In this document: positions 15,968-24,543 of the stretch, piece by piece
Layout of the letters: the number at the start of each line of letters is the position of its first letter
Numbering within the stretch: position 1 is the first letter of the stretch
From: Candidatus Omnitrophota bacterium
GTDB lineage: Bacteria; Omnitrophota; Gorgyraeia; 2-01-FULL-45-10
DNA: 32,000 nt
Direction of reading: 5' to 3'
Assembly: GCA_023818895.1 (NCBI GenBank)
Contig: JAMWCX010000001.1
Span: 569,789 to 601,788, forward strand
Position numbers and translations under genes: made by a program
Notes under the pieces: model-generated
Seen by the model: only the letters and a program-made list of their open reading frames with translations
The model's database searches: none
What the model was told of the DNA's origin: nothing

Positions 15968-17280
15968 TATTTACAAAGGCCCCTTCCTATTCCAATATAT
16001 TTAATGCCATGTTTAGTTACCTCATCTGGCATAAAATTATTGCGGCCATCGACAAATACTTTTACGCCTTTTTTCTTCAAAAGTTGCCAATTCATCCTAG
16101 CAAATTCTTTATGTGCCGTTATCAAAACCACGGCATCAAGACGTCTAGTGCTCCGCAGATCAATTGGATTAAATCCTTTTTTCTCAAGCTCCTTGTGTGA
16201 ATATAAAGGATCGTGTAGGAAAACTCTGCCACCATATCGTTCGACGGAGGACTTAACAAGATAGGCAGGTGATTTTGTATCCTCTTTTACATTTGGGCGG
16301 AATCCAAGCCCCATTAGCATTATATTCGCACCTTTTATACTGCCAAGTTCAGAATAAAGTTTATGAGTAACATACTCGGCCTGTGAATCATTTATTTCTC
16401 TAGCCAAGGTCGCCAATAACTGAGGCGCTTTTCTTCTGTATGCGTCATTTATCATAAAATAGGGATAAATAGGCGTGCAATGCCCACCTACACCTATACC
16501 CGGCATCAGCATGTTTGCCTCTCCATCTGTGTTTATAATCGGTATAAGGGTATCTAAGTCGATTCCAACTTTTTCGCAGTATCTAGCTATTTCGTTCGAC
16601 AGAGCAATATTAACGTCCCTGTATATCATTCCTACCAACTTTACCATCTCAGCATTCTCCAACGTATTAACGCTAATGATTTTGGAAGGAAAAATTGACC
16701 TGTATAATTCTATTCCTTTTCTTAATGACTTTGGTCCAAAAGCACCTACCACCTTAGGGACACAACGCATTTGTTTCATAACGATACCAGACTTTACTCT
16801 TTCGGGACTATATACCAGATAAATGTCTTTCTCAATCCTAAGCCCGCTTTTCTCAAGTATAGGTGCTATAACGTTTCTCATAGTTCCGACAGGTAGCGTC
16901 ATCTCAAAACTAATCACAGTACCTTTCCTAGCAGAACGACCTATTCCTTCGGCAACACTCACCGCATTCTTAACATCCGCTTCGTTATCTTCATCCAGCA
17001 ACACCGGCACTATAACTATTACCGCATCGGACAACGCAACAGAACCCTCAAGGTCCATAGAAGCGCTTAGATGACCATTTAGAATTAAGTCTTTTGCGAG
17101 ATCTTTAACAAATGGTTCGTCTACAGGACATTTGCCTTTGTTTATCAAGTCTATAACGGATTTATTGGTATCAACGCCTGTTACGTTAAATCCGCGAGAC
17201 GCCGCCTGCACAGCAAGCGGAAAACCCATTTTGCCACAACCCACAACCGTTAATTTAGTAATCTTATCGCGTTTTTTCAT
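15967..17280 (-). CDS. Nucleotide-sugar 6-dehydrogenase (UDP-N-acetylhexosamine dehydrogenase type, WbpA/WecC/TviB-like)
   Basis: NAD motif VVGCGKMGFPLA, then YSPERVKSG, NAEMVKLVGMIYRDVNIALSNEIA, and the catalytic Cys context PGIGVGGHCTPIYPYF (closer to the GGHCI-x-DPY type than to the UDP-glucose dehydrogenase type). Confidence 0.8.
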   Translation of the reverse strand: MKKRDKITKLTVVGCGKMGFPLAVQAASRGFNVTGVDTNKSVIDLINKGKCPVDEPFVKDLAKDLILNGHLSASMDLEGSVALSDAVIVIVPVLLDEDNEADVKNAVSVAEGIGRSARKGTVISFEMTLPVGTMRNVIAPILEKSGLRIEKDIYLVYSPERVKSGIVMKQMRCVPKVVGAFGPKSLRKGIELYRSIFPSKIISVNTLENAEMVKLVGMIYRDVNIALSNEIARYCEKVGIDLDTLIPIINTDGEANMLMPGIGVGGHCTPIYPYFMINDAYRRKAPQLLATLAREINDSQAEYVTHKLYSELGSIKGANIMLMGLGFRPNVKEDTKSPAYLVKSSVERYGGRVFLHDPLYSHKELEKKGFNPIDLRSTRRLDAVVLITAHKEFARMNWQLLKKKGVKVFVDGRNNFMPDEVTKHGIKYIGIGRGLCK

Positions 17281-18214
17281 AATACCTGTAAGAAAGCTTC
17301 AGCCCTTCCTTGAGCCCTATTTTAGGATCAAAACCTATGAGCCTCTTTGCTTTCTTGATATCAGGAATCCTTATTGCTATTTCGGTTCTTTTCATCTTTT
17401 TGAAGACTATCGGCACCCGTCCGCCAGTTACTTTTTTAACGAGACGCGCCAGCTCCAGCGTCGAGCACGCTTGCCCAGGATTTCCTATATTGAAGGCACC
17501 GCTCTTAATACCTTTTTTCCTTATAAGCGCCTCCACGGCGTCGATGCAGTCATCTATATAGCACCACGCTCTTATGGCAGAGCCGTTTCCGTTTATAATA
17601 ATCTGTTGCCCATTAGCAACCGATCGCAGGAAATTACTTATCGCTCCTTCCCCTGTTTGTCGCGGGCCATATATATTAAAAGGTCTTACCAAAAAAGCTT
17701 TGAAGCCATACTTTTCTCCGTATCTAACTACAAGGTTCTCTCCGGCTATTTTGCTTATTGCGTAACTCCATCTGTAGTCCGAAATAGGACCTATTTTATA
17801 AATCGATTCCTCATTGACCTTTATCGCTTTTTTACCATACACCTCACTTGTCGAAAAGTAAATAAATTTACTTATCCGATGCTTTCTACAAATCTCAAGA
17901 AGATTTATGGTTCCTATAATATTGACTCTGAGGGTCTCCGTTGGATCCTTGTAATAGTTAGACACACCGGCAATAGCGGCAAGATGTATTATTATATTAC
18001 AACTCTTCGCTGCTGCTTCAAGACGCTTCTTATCCAAGATATCGCCCTTGATGAATTTCACATTTCTATGCCGTCTCAACAGCGGAGCATCCTTCAGAGA
18101 ATTTCTCCGCAGGTTGTCATATAGGACAACTTTATGCCTTTCGCAAAACCTTTCCGCAAGGTGGGTACCTATGAATCCGGCACCGCCTGTAATCAATATA
18201 CGATGTTTTTTCAC
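17264..18214 (-). CDS. NAD-dependent nucleotide-sugar epimerase/dehydratase (extended SDR)
   Basis: GTG at 18214 is in a GTGA overlap. Motifs are ITGGAGFIGTHLAERF, STSEVYG, YAISK (YxxxK) and RPFNIYGPRQ. The specific reaction (4-epimerase or decarboxylase) cannot be called from motifs. Confidence 0.8.
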   Translation of the reverse strand: MKKHRILITGGAGFIGTHLAERFCERHKVVLYDNLRRNSLKDAPLLRRHRNVKFIKGDILDKKRLEAAAKSCNIIIHLAAIAGVSNYYKDPTETLRVNIIGTINLLEICRKHRISKFIYFSTSEVYGKKAIKVNEESIYKIGPISDYRWSYAISKIAGENLVVRYGEKYGFKAFLVRPFNIYGPRQTGEGAISNFLRSVANGQQIIINGNGSAIRAWCYIDDCIDAVEALIRKKGIKSGAFNIGNPGQACSTLELARLVKKVTGGRVPIVFKKMKRTEIAIRIPDIKKAKRLIGFDPKIGLKEGLKLSYRYYEKTR

Positions 18215-18708
18215 CGCCTTCTACTTTCTCCCGCTCTCCTAATACGTCTTGCCGGATTACCGAACCATATTTCGCCAGCAGGCACATTCTTGGTAACGAC
18301 ACTGCCCGCTCCTATAAGGGCTCCTGCGCCGATATGGATACCTCCCAGAATAGTCGCATTGCTTCCTATTGATGCGCCCTTACCGACACGCGTCTTGACA
18401 AAACGCGGAGCCCAGTCTTTCTCCTCCTCAAGCTCACCTTCTGAATTAACCGCCCGCGGGTAATTATCATTGATAAACTTAACGCCATGACCTATAAAGC
18501 AGTTGTCCTCGATGGTAACCCCCTCGCAAATAAATGAGTGAGACGAAATTTTACAGCGCTTCCCCACAGAAGCGTTTTTCTGTATCTCAACGAATGCCCC
18601 TATTTTGGTATTGTCACCGATAGAGCATCCGTACAGATTAACGAATTTTGAAAGCTTGACACCTTTACCCAGCCTTACATCATCGGCGACGCACACATAT
18701 TCTTTCAT
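18211..18708 (-). CDS. Hexapeptide-repeat N-acetyltransferase (WbpD/WlbB-like)
   Basis: 165-aa left-handed beta-helix protein with CSIGDNTKIGAFVEIQKNASVGKRCKISSHSFICEGVTIEDNCFIGHGVKFINDNYPRA and GASIGSNATILGGIHIGAGALIGAGSVVTKNVP. Its start is in an ATGA overlap with the upstream Gfo/Idh/MocA gene. Confidence 0.75.
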   Translation of the reverse strand: MKEYVCVADDVRLGKGVKLSKFVNLYGCSIGDNTKIGAFVEIQKNASVGKRCKISSHSFICEGVTIEDNCFIGHGVKFINDNYPRAVNSEGELEEEKDWAPRFVKTRVGKGASIGSNATILGGIHIGAGALIGAGSVVTKNVPAGEIWFGNPARRIRRAGESRRR

Positions 18709-19709
18709 AGTTTTATCATCTTCCCATTTTGCTTAAGCGATTTATCGGAGGCTTCCAGCATCTTTACTATCCTCAAGCCAGCTTTCCCATCATTTATGGG
18801 AGATTTTTCTTTCTTGATACAATCAATAAAATACTCAAGCTCCGTCCTCAAAGCTTCGGAATGATCAATCCTAGGCGCCCACATATCTCCAGATCTGTAT
18901 TCAACGAGAAGGTTATATACGCCTTCTCTATTCCTTACCGTAACGCCTTTGTCATATATCTTAATCTTCTCATCGGTATCAAGATCGTTCCAAACAAGCA
19001 TTCGTTTAGCCCCACCAATAAGGGTGGTACGTATTTTAACGGGCGATAACCAGTTTACGTTGAAGTGCGCAATCAAATTGTTCGGAAAATACACGGATAT
19101 ATAGGCTATATTCTCAAGCGACCTCCCGAAGTGATCAACGCCGTTAGCAGTTATCGCTACCGGCTTGGGCTTCATCACATAATCCATAACCGAGAGATCA
19201 TGCGGCGCAAGGTCCCACACAACATTGACATCGTGCTGGAAAAGGCCGAGATTGACTCTCGTCGAATCATAATAATAGATTTCTCCCAGCTCATTCTTCT
19301 CAACGAGTTCTTTTATCTTTCTAACCGCCCCTGTAAATATAAAGGTATGGTCCACCATTATCTGCAGCTTCTTCTTGGAACCAATATCTATCAACCTTTC
19401 AGCTTCCGATATGGTCGCCGTAAAAGGTTTTTCAACAAATACGTGTTTTCCATTCTCCAGGGCATCTTTGGCCAGCTGATAATGAGTTGAAACGGGCGTC
19501 ACAATGGCAACAATATCTATTTCGGGAGAGCGCGTAATATCACGGCTGTCTCTTGTAGTGTTTATGTTCGCGTTTATTTTCTTTACCTTCTTAAGGGCCG
19601 CTGGATTTTTATCGCAAACCACCTCGACCTTAACGCCGTCTATGGCATTGAAGTTTCTTGCTATATTAGGCCCCCAGTAACCATATCCTATGACACCGAC
19701 TTTAAGCAT
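18705..19709 (-). CDS. Gfo/Idh/MocA-family nucleotide-sugar 3-dehydrogenase (WbpB/WlbA/GnnA-like)
   Basis: ATG at 19709 has a GGAGAG Shine-Dalgarno sequence. Motifs are the Rossmann segment KVGVIGYGYWGPNIARNF, then HVFVEKPF, and a C-terminal alpha/beta domain. It has the classic pairing with an LbH acetyltransferase and a DegT aminotransferase. Confidence 0.8.
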   Translation of the reverse strand: MLKVGVIGYGYWGPNIARNFNAIDGVKVEVVCDKNPAALKKVKKINANINTTRDSRDITRSPEIDIVAIVTPVSTHYQLAKDALENGKHVFVEKPFTATISEAERLIDIGSKKKLQIMVDHTFIFTGAVRKIKELVEKNELGEIYYYDSTRVNLGLFQHDVNVVWDLAPHDLSVMDYVMKPKPVAITANGVDHFGRSLENIAYISVYFPNNLIAHFNVNWLSPVKIRTTLIGGAKRMLVWNDLDTDEKIKIYDKGVTVRNREGVYNLLVEYRSGDMWAPRIDHSEALRTELEYFIDCIKKEKSPINDGKAGLRIVKMLEASDKSLKQNGKMIKL

Positions 19710-19739
19710 ATGGAACTCTCCGCTTTAAATATACGGTTT

Positions 19740-19748
19740 ATTATATCA
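19740..19748 (-). promoter_or_regulatory. Candidate extended -10 promoter (TGnTATAAT) upstream of the WbpB-like gene
   Basis: The minus strand reads TGATATAAT at 19748-19740 in the 83-nt AT-rich gap, about 30 nt upstream of the ATG at 19709. No good -35 lies at 16-18 nt; TTGCAA sits 22 nt away. Confidence 0.45.
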
Positions 19749-19792
19749 TTAACATATATTAAAGAAGTTGCAAAAATTACTTAGTCGTCTGA

Positions 19793-20485
19793 CTATTTTT
19801 TGCCAAAAATTTTTCTCATCTCCACCATGACACGCCGTATAGGCATCTGTTCCGACGCCCTTGTCATGGACGAGAAATCTATATTTCTTATATCATCAAA
19901 ATAATCACCATACATAGCCTTATCCTCGTCGGATAGGATGATCTTTCCTTCTAAATAGTCGCTCACGCTGGCTACGCCACCTTTATCATTTAGAAAGTAC
20001 TTGTTCTTTGAAACATCAAATATCAGCCATTGGCCGGTCTTCGTATTCACAAAAGACAGGATAATAAATTTTGACTTGTCGTCATTGTAACACTTATACA
20101 TTCCGCCATATACGCCAGTGTAAGAACATAGTATCGTAAACACGTCCTCCAGCTGATCCTCCTGGCCGTATTGCCGTATTATTATATTTAGAGGATGGTC
20201 ATCTACCGTCTTAAGGCCGACTGGAACCTTTCCTTTGATATTCTCGGTTGTCCACCGCATTATGGCAAGCGCCTTTTCCTCGTCGGACATCTTGTCATTT
20301 ACTATGCTGCGCACTATATCCTTATACATCCAGTCGCGGTATAGAAAGCCGCATGCCTTTGCGTATAAAGGAATCTTTTTCTCCGACACCACTCCGTCCA
20401 CGCCTACGCGGTAAGTAAGCGGCCAGTTTAGGATAATCATCGCAGCGGCGATAATAAATGCCGCCAAAAGCAACCTTTTCTTCAT
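19793..20485 (-). CDS. Hypothetical membrane-anchored or secreted protein; possible degenerate transglutaminase-like fold
   Basis: The ORF track gives 19793-20524. I prefer ATG at 20485 (MKKRLLLAAFIIAAAMIIL) because AGGAAGG lies 9 nt upstream and it clears the upstream stop at 20499. It has an N-terminal signal or anchor helix. See the findings for the fold argument. Confidence 0.6.
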   Translation of the reverse strand: MKKRLLLAAFIIAAAMIILNWPLTYRVGVDGVVSEKKIPLYAKACGFLYRDWMYKDIVRSIVNDKMSDEEKALAIMRWTTENIKGKVPVGLKTVDDHPLNIIIRQYGQEDQLEDVFTILCSYTGVYGGMYKCYNDDKSKFIILSFVNTKTGQWLIFDVSKNKYFLNDKGGVASVSDYLEGKIILSDEDKAMYGDYFDDIRNIDFSSMTRASEQMPIRRVMVEMRKIFGKK

Positions 20486-20498
20486 CACATCAACCTTC

Positions 20499-23210
20499 CT
20501 AAGAAGCGCCGAGCAGAGCATCATATATCCTGGCGTATTTTGTCACTGCCTCATCGAGCGAAAGATATCTTTTGGCGATATCTCTGCAGCGACGCCTTAA
20601 TACCTCACCTTCCTCTTTGAGAATAAGCAGTCTTTCAACCGCTTTTTTATAATCATCGGCTGTGAAATTCTCAACCACCACCCCCACATTTCCTTCGCGC
20701 ACTATCTCTTCCGTATCGCCTACGCCCGGATTTATTATCACAGGAACGCCCGAGGAAAGAAATTCTCCCAGCTTTATGGGTGATGACCCTATTTTCTTAT
20801 ATGGATTTATAAAGAAAAGCCCGGCGTCAGCGATTCTTAAATACTCTGGCATATTTTCAAAAGGCACTCCCTGTATTATTCTCAGTCTTTGAATATCTAT
20901 TCCGGTCTTGCGAGCCTTTTCAAGAAGGCTAGATGGTTCATCGTTGGTAACGACAATAAAAACGGATTCCGGAATGCTATCGGATGCCGCCTTAAAGAAA
21001 TCGATCATCTCATTTATCATATAGAAAGTACCTATCTTCCCGGGATACATCAGAATGAAACTCTTCTCCACTCCAAGCTTTTTCTTGAGCTCTAACCTTT
21101 CGCCGGAGTTGTAATCAAACCTTCTCGTATCGACACAGCAGGGAATCACATCCATAGGGACATTTCTGCGTACTACATAGTCAAGGGTCTTGTTAAGGCA
21201 AAGGTGCTTATTGGTCAGCACCGTAATGGCGTCGGTTGTCTTTAACATCCTCTCTTCCGCCTTCTTGACAAGCTTAAACTGAATGCTGTCTTCCTTCCAC
21301 AATCCTCCCCCAACATACTCTTCTGCTAACAAGCCACGCATATCGAAAAGAACTCTAACATTTAAAAGTAAAAGTCGCGATATCGCCATAACCATAACTC
21401 CAGGCGTAATACCACGCACATGGATTATCTTGACACGCTTACGGGCAATCACCCACAAAGCGACAAACGTCCCTAAAAAAAGGTCGAAAAAGGTAGAAAG
21501 CACTGGCGGTTTCTTGTGATAGATAAGGTACTTCCATTCGATATGGTGAACTTTTAGCTCCTGTTTCAACTTTTTTATCCTATCGCGACCAGCCGCATTA
21601 AGGTCCCTTCTCTTCTCGTAGGTCATCAAGATAAAGTCGTATCCTCTTTTTGACAGTTCCTTCATATACGGTACTGCCTGAGAAGGAAGGATAGGCTCAA
21701 GAAGGCCGTTATAAGAGAGGAACAACACTTTCTTGCGCGAGGCCGATACCTTTTTGAATGATTTAAGCCGTCGGATCGACCTAAAGGTCTTAACGATGAC
21801 ACCCTTAAACTGCGTCATCGCCACCTTCGCCAGACGGAAAGGATTACGCCAGTTATCCGCTAAGAACGATCTTAAGTTCATCGGCAGTATCACTTTAAGG
21901 CGCGCTTCGAGATATAGCCTCTCAAAGGTCTCCTTAGGCATATCAGCGTAGTTAATCTGAGGCGCCTCAGGATCTCCTATATCATCCCACTTAGGCAGTG
22001 CCTTTCCTTCATCTTTCAGTTTTTCGTAACTCGGCGTTCCCGGTAACGGCATAAATACGTTGAATCCTATCATGCTTGGCCGCACCTTCCTGATGAAATC
22101 TATCGTTTTCTTGAAGTCATCTTCGCGCTCACCGGGGTAACCGACGATTATATTCGCCTGAAACCTCATGCGCGCCCGGCGTGTGAGTTCCGCCGCCCGA
22201 AGGCTTTCCTCCACTTTCTGGCGTTTATTCATAAGGTCCAGCACCATCTGAGACCCCGATTCAAAGCCATATTCTATACCGACACATCCGGCCTCCTTCA
22301 TAAGCTGCAACAGCTCACTTGTGATAATGCTTGCTTTGGCCTGGGCAAACCATCTTATCTTTTTATTTATTCCTTTATCTATGAAAAGATTGAGCAATTC
22401 TTCGGCTCTCTGTTTTGAACTCAGGAACATATCCTCAGCAAAATAAAGCGCCTCGACATTATAATTCGATATAAGATACTCTATCTCTTTAAGCACCCTC
22501 GCTGGAGAATGAAATCTCACCTTACCGCTGAAGACCAAGGGTCCTGCACAGAAGTTACAACGGTATGGGCATCCGCGTGCTGTGAATATTGAAGTTGTTC
22601 TAAGACTTAAGTTTCTCGATGTAAAACGGCTGGGCCTGGTATAAAACTTCATATCCAAAAGGTGCCTGGCCGGCATTGGTAGTTCATCTATATCCTTTAT
22701 TGGATCACGCGGTGCGTTAGCAATGAATTCACCGTTTTTCCTGTAATATATGCCGGTTATGTTTTCCGTAGCCTTGCCATTTGCTATATCAAGCAGCGCA
22801 AATTCACCTTCCCCCTTTACCGCTATATCTATTTCTGGGTTTTCCACTAGACTAAGAATAGGCTCTCCAGATACATGCGGTCCACCTAGCACTATGAAAG
22901 CTTCTTTCAAAGACTTTTTTATATAACGTGAGATATGGCCAACGTCGGACATATTAGGCGTTGTGGCGCTAATACCGATGAGAGTCGAGCCAAAAGAGCG
23001 AATTTCGTTCATCATAATGCTGTCAACCTTATCAAAATCCATTCCGTTTTTACGCAAGAGTATGTCACGATCTATTATTTGGACGCGATGGCCGCCCTTT
23101 TCGAGGACCGCCGCTATATAAGCCAGCCCCAGCGGCGGCCAAAACTGCTTATTCTCGTCAATCCGGCTTCTGCGCCTTGATAATAAGGGATATATAAGGG
23201 TTATATTCAT
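20499..23210 (-). CDS. Fusion protein: N-terminal B12-binding radical SAM domain plus C-terminal GT4 (GT-B fold) glycosyltransferase
   Basis: Single 903-aa ORF. Residues 1 to about 445 hold the B12-binding-like segment (LIGISATTPN...IVLGGPHVSG) and the cluster motif ARGCPYRCNFC (Cys214/218/221), plus GFESGSQMV and IIVGYPGERE. Residues from about 495 to 903 hold VLFLSYNGLLEPILPSQAVPYMKELSKRGY and the C-terminal GSSPIKLGEFLSSGVPVIINPGVGDTEEIV, an E-x7-E-like retaining GT4 signature. Confidence 0.85.
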   Translation of the reverse strand: MNITLIYPLLSRRRSRIDENKQFWPPLGLAYIAAVLEKGGHRVQIIDRDILLRKNGMDFDKVDSIMMNEIRSFGSTLIGISATTPNMSDVGHISRYIKKSLKEAFIVLGGPHVSGEPILSLVENPEIDIAVKGEGEFALLDIANGKATENITGIYYRKNGEFIANAPRDPIKDIDELPMPARHLLDMKFYTRPSRFTSRNLSLRTTSIFTARGCPYRCNFCAGPLVFSGKVRFHSPARVLKEIEYLISNYNVEALYFAEDMFLSSKQRAEELLNLFIDKGINKKIRWFAQAKASIITSELLQLMKEAGCVGIEYGFESGSQMVLDLMNKRQKVEESLRAAELTRRARMRFQANIIVGYPGEREDDFKKTIDFIRKVRPSMIGFNVFMPLPGTPSYEKLKDEGKALPKWDDIGDPEAPQINYADMPKETFERLYLEARLKVILPMNLRSFLADNWRNPFRLAKVAMTQFKGVIVKTFRSIRRLKSFKKVSASRKKVLFLSYNGLLEPILPSQAVPYMKELSKRGYDFILMTYEKRRDLNAAGRDRIKKLKQELKVHHIEWKYLIYHKKPPVLSTFFDLFLGTFVALWVIARKRVKIIHVRGITPGVMVMAISRLLLLNVRVLFDMRGLLAEEYVGGGLWKEDSIQFKLVKKAEERMLKTTDAITVLTNKHLCLNKTLDYVVRRNVPMDVIPCCVDTRRFDYNSGERLELKKKLGVEKSFILMYPGKIGTFYMINEMIDFFKAASDSIPESVFIVVTNDEPSSLLEKARKTGIDIQRLRIIQGVPFENMPEYLRIADAGLFFINPYKKIGSSPIKLGEFLSSGVPVIINPGVGDTEEIVREGNVGVVVENFTADDYKKAVERLLILKEEGEVLRRRCRDIAKRYLSLDEAVTKYARIYDALLGAS

Positions 23211-23211
23211 T

Positions 23212-24543
23212 TCACCCTTCCAATTTGAGTTCTTTTGTCCTGATAAATTCGTCTAAGATCGCCGAAGCAAGAACTATGAATAATGGTGAATAAAGGTCTC
23301 GATGCCTAAAAGCTGAACCTATGTTGCCTTCGGCCATGGAATTGACACCGATTCCTATGACAAGCAACATTCCGACAAGCACAGCAACATCAGGTTTTTT
23401 TAATAAAAGCCTGAAATATCCCAGGATTGAAAGAAGAAGCACCATATACCATAAAAGCATCTGGGGAAAAGCAAATATCCTGGACCTCGAAATCATCTGC
23501 CATGGAAAGGGTGACAACATGAAATAGATTATGTCAACGGCCATAATCATGATTAATTGAGGAACATCTATCACACCCCTGCTGAGTTTGACCATAAATT
23601 CGCCTGGATAGAATTGATAACCAGCAAAATCTGATTGGGAAATGGCTATCTGCGTATCATAACATAGATAAATTGCGTCAATTATCTTATCATACTTTAC
23701 AAACAGCATATAACCTACTAAAATAATGACAGCCAGAACCATTAAAGTTGTAAAAATACCCTTTTGTATCTTGGAACATAATGCCGCATATATCTTGAAC
23801 ACTAACATCATCGTAGCGCCAAGTACGATAAGAGTGAAATAGAAAATCTGTGAAAAAAAGTATAATGTAGTCATAGCACCGACCAAAATTATCATCTTCC
23901 AAACAGACACCCTCCCATAAATAGCGTCAATAAATAAGTAAATACAAGCCGTAAATAAAAAAATTAACAAGGGGTCTTTAAGATTTGCTACCGACCATCT
24001 TACCAACGAGGGGTAGAATACCGTCACCAGCATGGCTATTCTGGCAGCGCTATTGTTAAAAGTCTTCTTAGCAATTAAATATGAGAGCCATCCTACAAGA
24101 GTTCCGATAATACAATTTATTAGTTTAGACACTACTGGATGAAAGCCGAATATTTTATAGAATAATGCTACCAGATATGTAAATGGATTTGACCCATACT
24201 GGAAGGATTTACCAGTTATAGCCCATACCCAAGTATATGGCCTCCCTTCCCATTTATGAACAAGTGCCAAGCTCTTTACAATATACAAAAGATCATCGCC
24301 CGAAGTACTATGGAACCCTTTCGTATAAAAGTACGCATGAAGCGCAACCGCCAGGATGACCCTTAGCGTAAAACCAGCAATAAGGACACCGATTACGAAT
24401 TTCCTGTCCTCAAGAGGCGTGTTGCGATATATAGCATATAAAATTACCCCGAACACAAGAAACAAAAACATCGCCCCAGTCATAAAATATCCCAAAACAC
24501 CCAAGATTATCGCTGAAAATATAAGATAAAATTTTTCTCTCAT
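23212..24543 (-). CDS. Polytopic membrane protein: GT-C/PMT_2-like glycosyltransferase or Wzy-type polymerase
   Basis: 443 aa with about 11-12 hydrophobic helices by eye. SGDDLLY follows an early helix, and the section KLINCIIGTLVGWLSYLIAKKTF...VFYPSLVRWS resembles ArnT/PMT_2-type proteins. Its start is in an ATGA overlap with the upstream GT2. The region is AT-rich by eye. Confidence 0.45.
   Translation of the reverse strand: MREKFYLIFSAIILGVLGYFMTGAMFLFLVFGVILYAIYRNTPLEDRKFVIGVLIAGFTLRVILAVALHAYFYTKGFHSTSGDDLLYIVKSLALVHKWEGRPYTWVWAITGKSFQYGSNPFTYLVALFYKIFGFHPVVSKLINCIIGTLVGWLSYLIAKKTFNNSAARIAMLVTVFYPSLVRWSVANLKDPLLIFLFTACIYLFIDAIYGRVSVWKMIILVGAMTTLYFFSQIFYFTLIVLGATMMLVFKIYAALCSKIQKGIFTTLMVLAVIILVGYMLFVKYDKIIDAIYLCYDTQIAISQSDFAGYQFYPGEFMVKLSRGVIDVPQLIMIMAVDIIYFMLSPFPWQMISRSRIFAFPQMLLWYMVLLLSILGYFRLLLKKPDVAVLVGMLLVIGIGVNSMAEGNIGSAFRHRDLYSPLFIVLASAILDEFIRTKELKLEG

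Noticed and set aside
17132-18124. 330-aa plus-strand ORF, the longest on that strand
   Set aside because: It is entirely antisense to two motif-rich minus-strand genes (dehydrogenase and SDR). Its translation is low-complexity (rich in S, L, F, R and Y) with no recognisable motif, start context or Shine-Dalgarno sequence. It is a typical shadow ORF.
19781-19795. Possible rho-independent terminator after the 19793-20485 gene (TAGTC-AGAC-GACTA followed by a T-run a few nt later)
   Set aside because: The stem is only 5 bp and AT-rich, it overlaps the stop codon, and the T-tract is separated from the stem. It is too weak to call.
9214-23212. Cobalamin riboswitch upstream of the B12-binding radical SAM genes
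   Set aside because: The gaps upstream of these genes are 3 nt (9215-9217) and 1 nt (23211). There is no room for a leader RNA.
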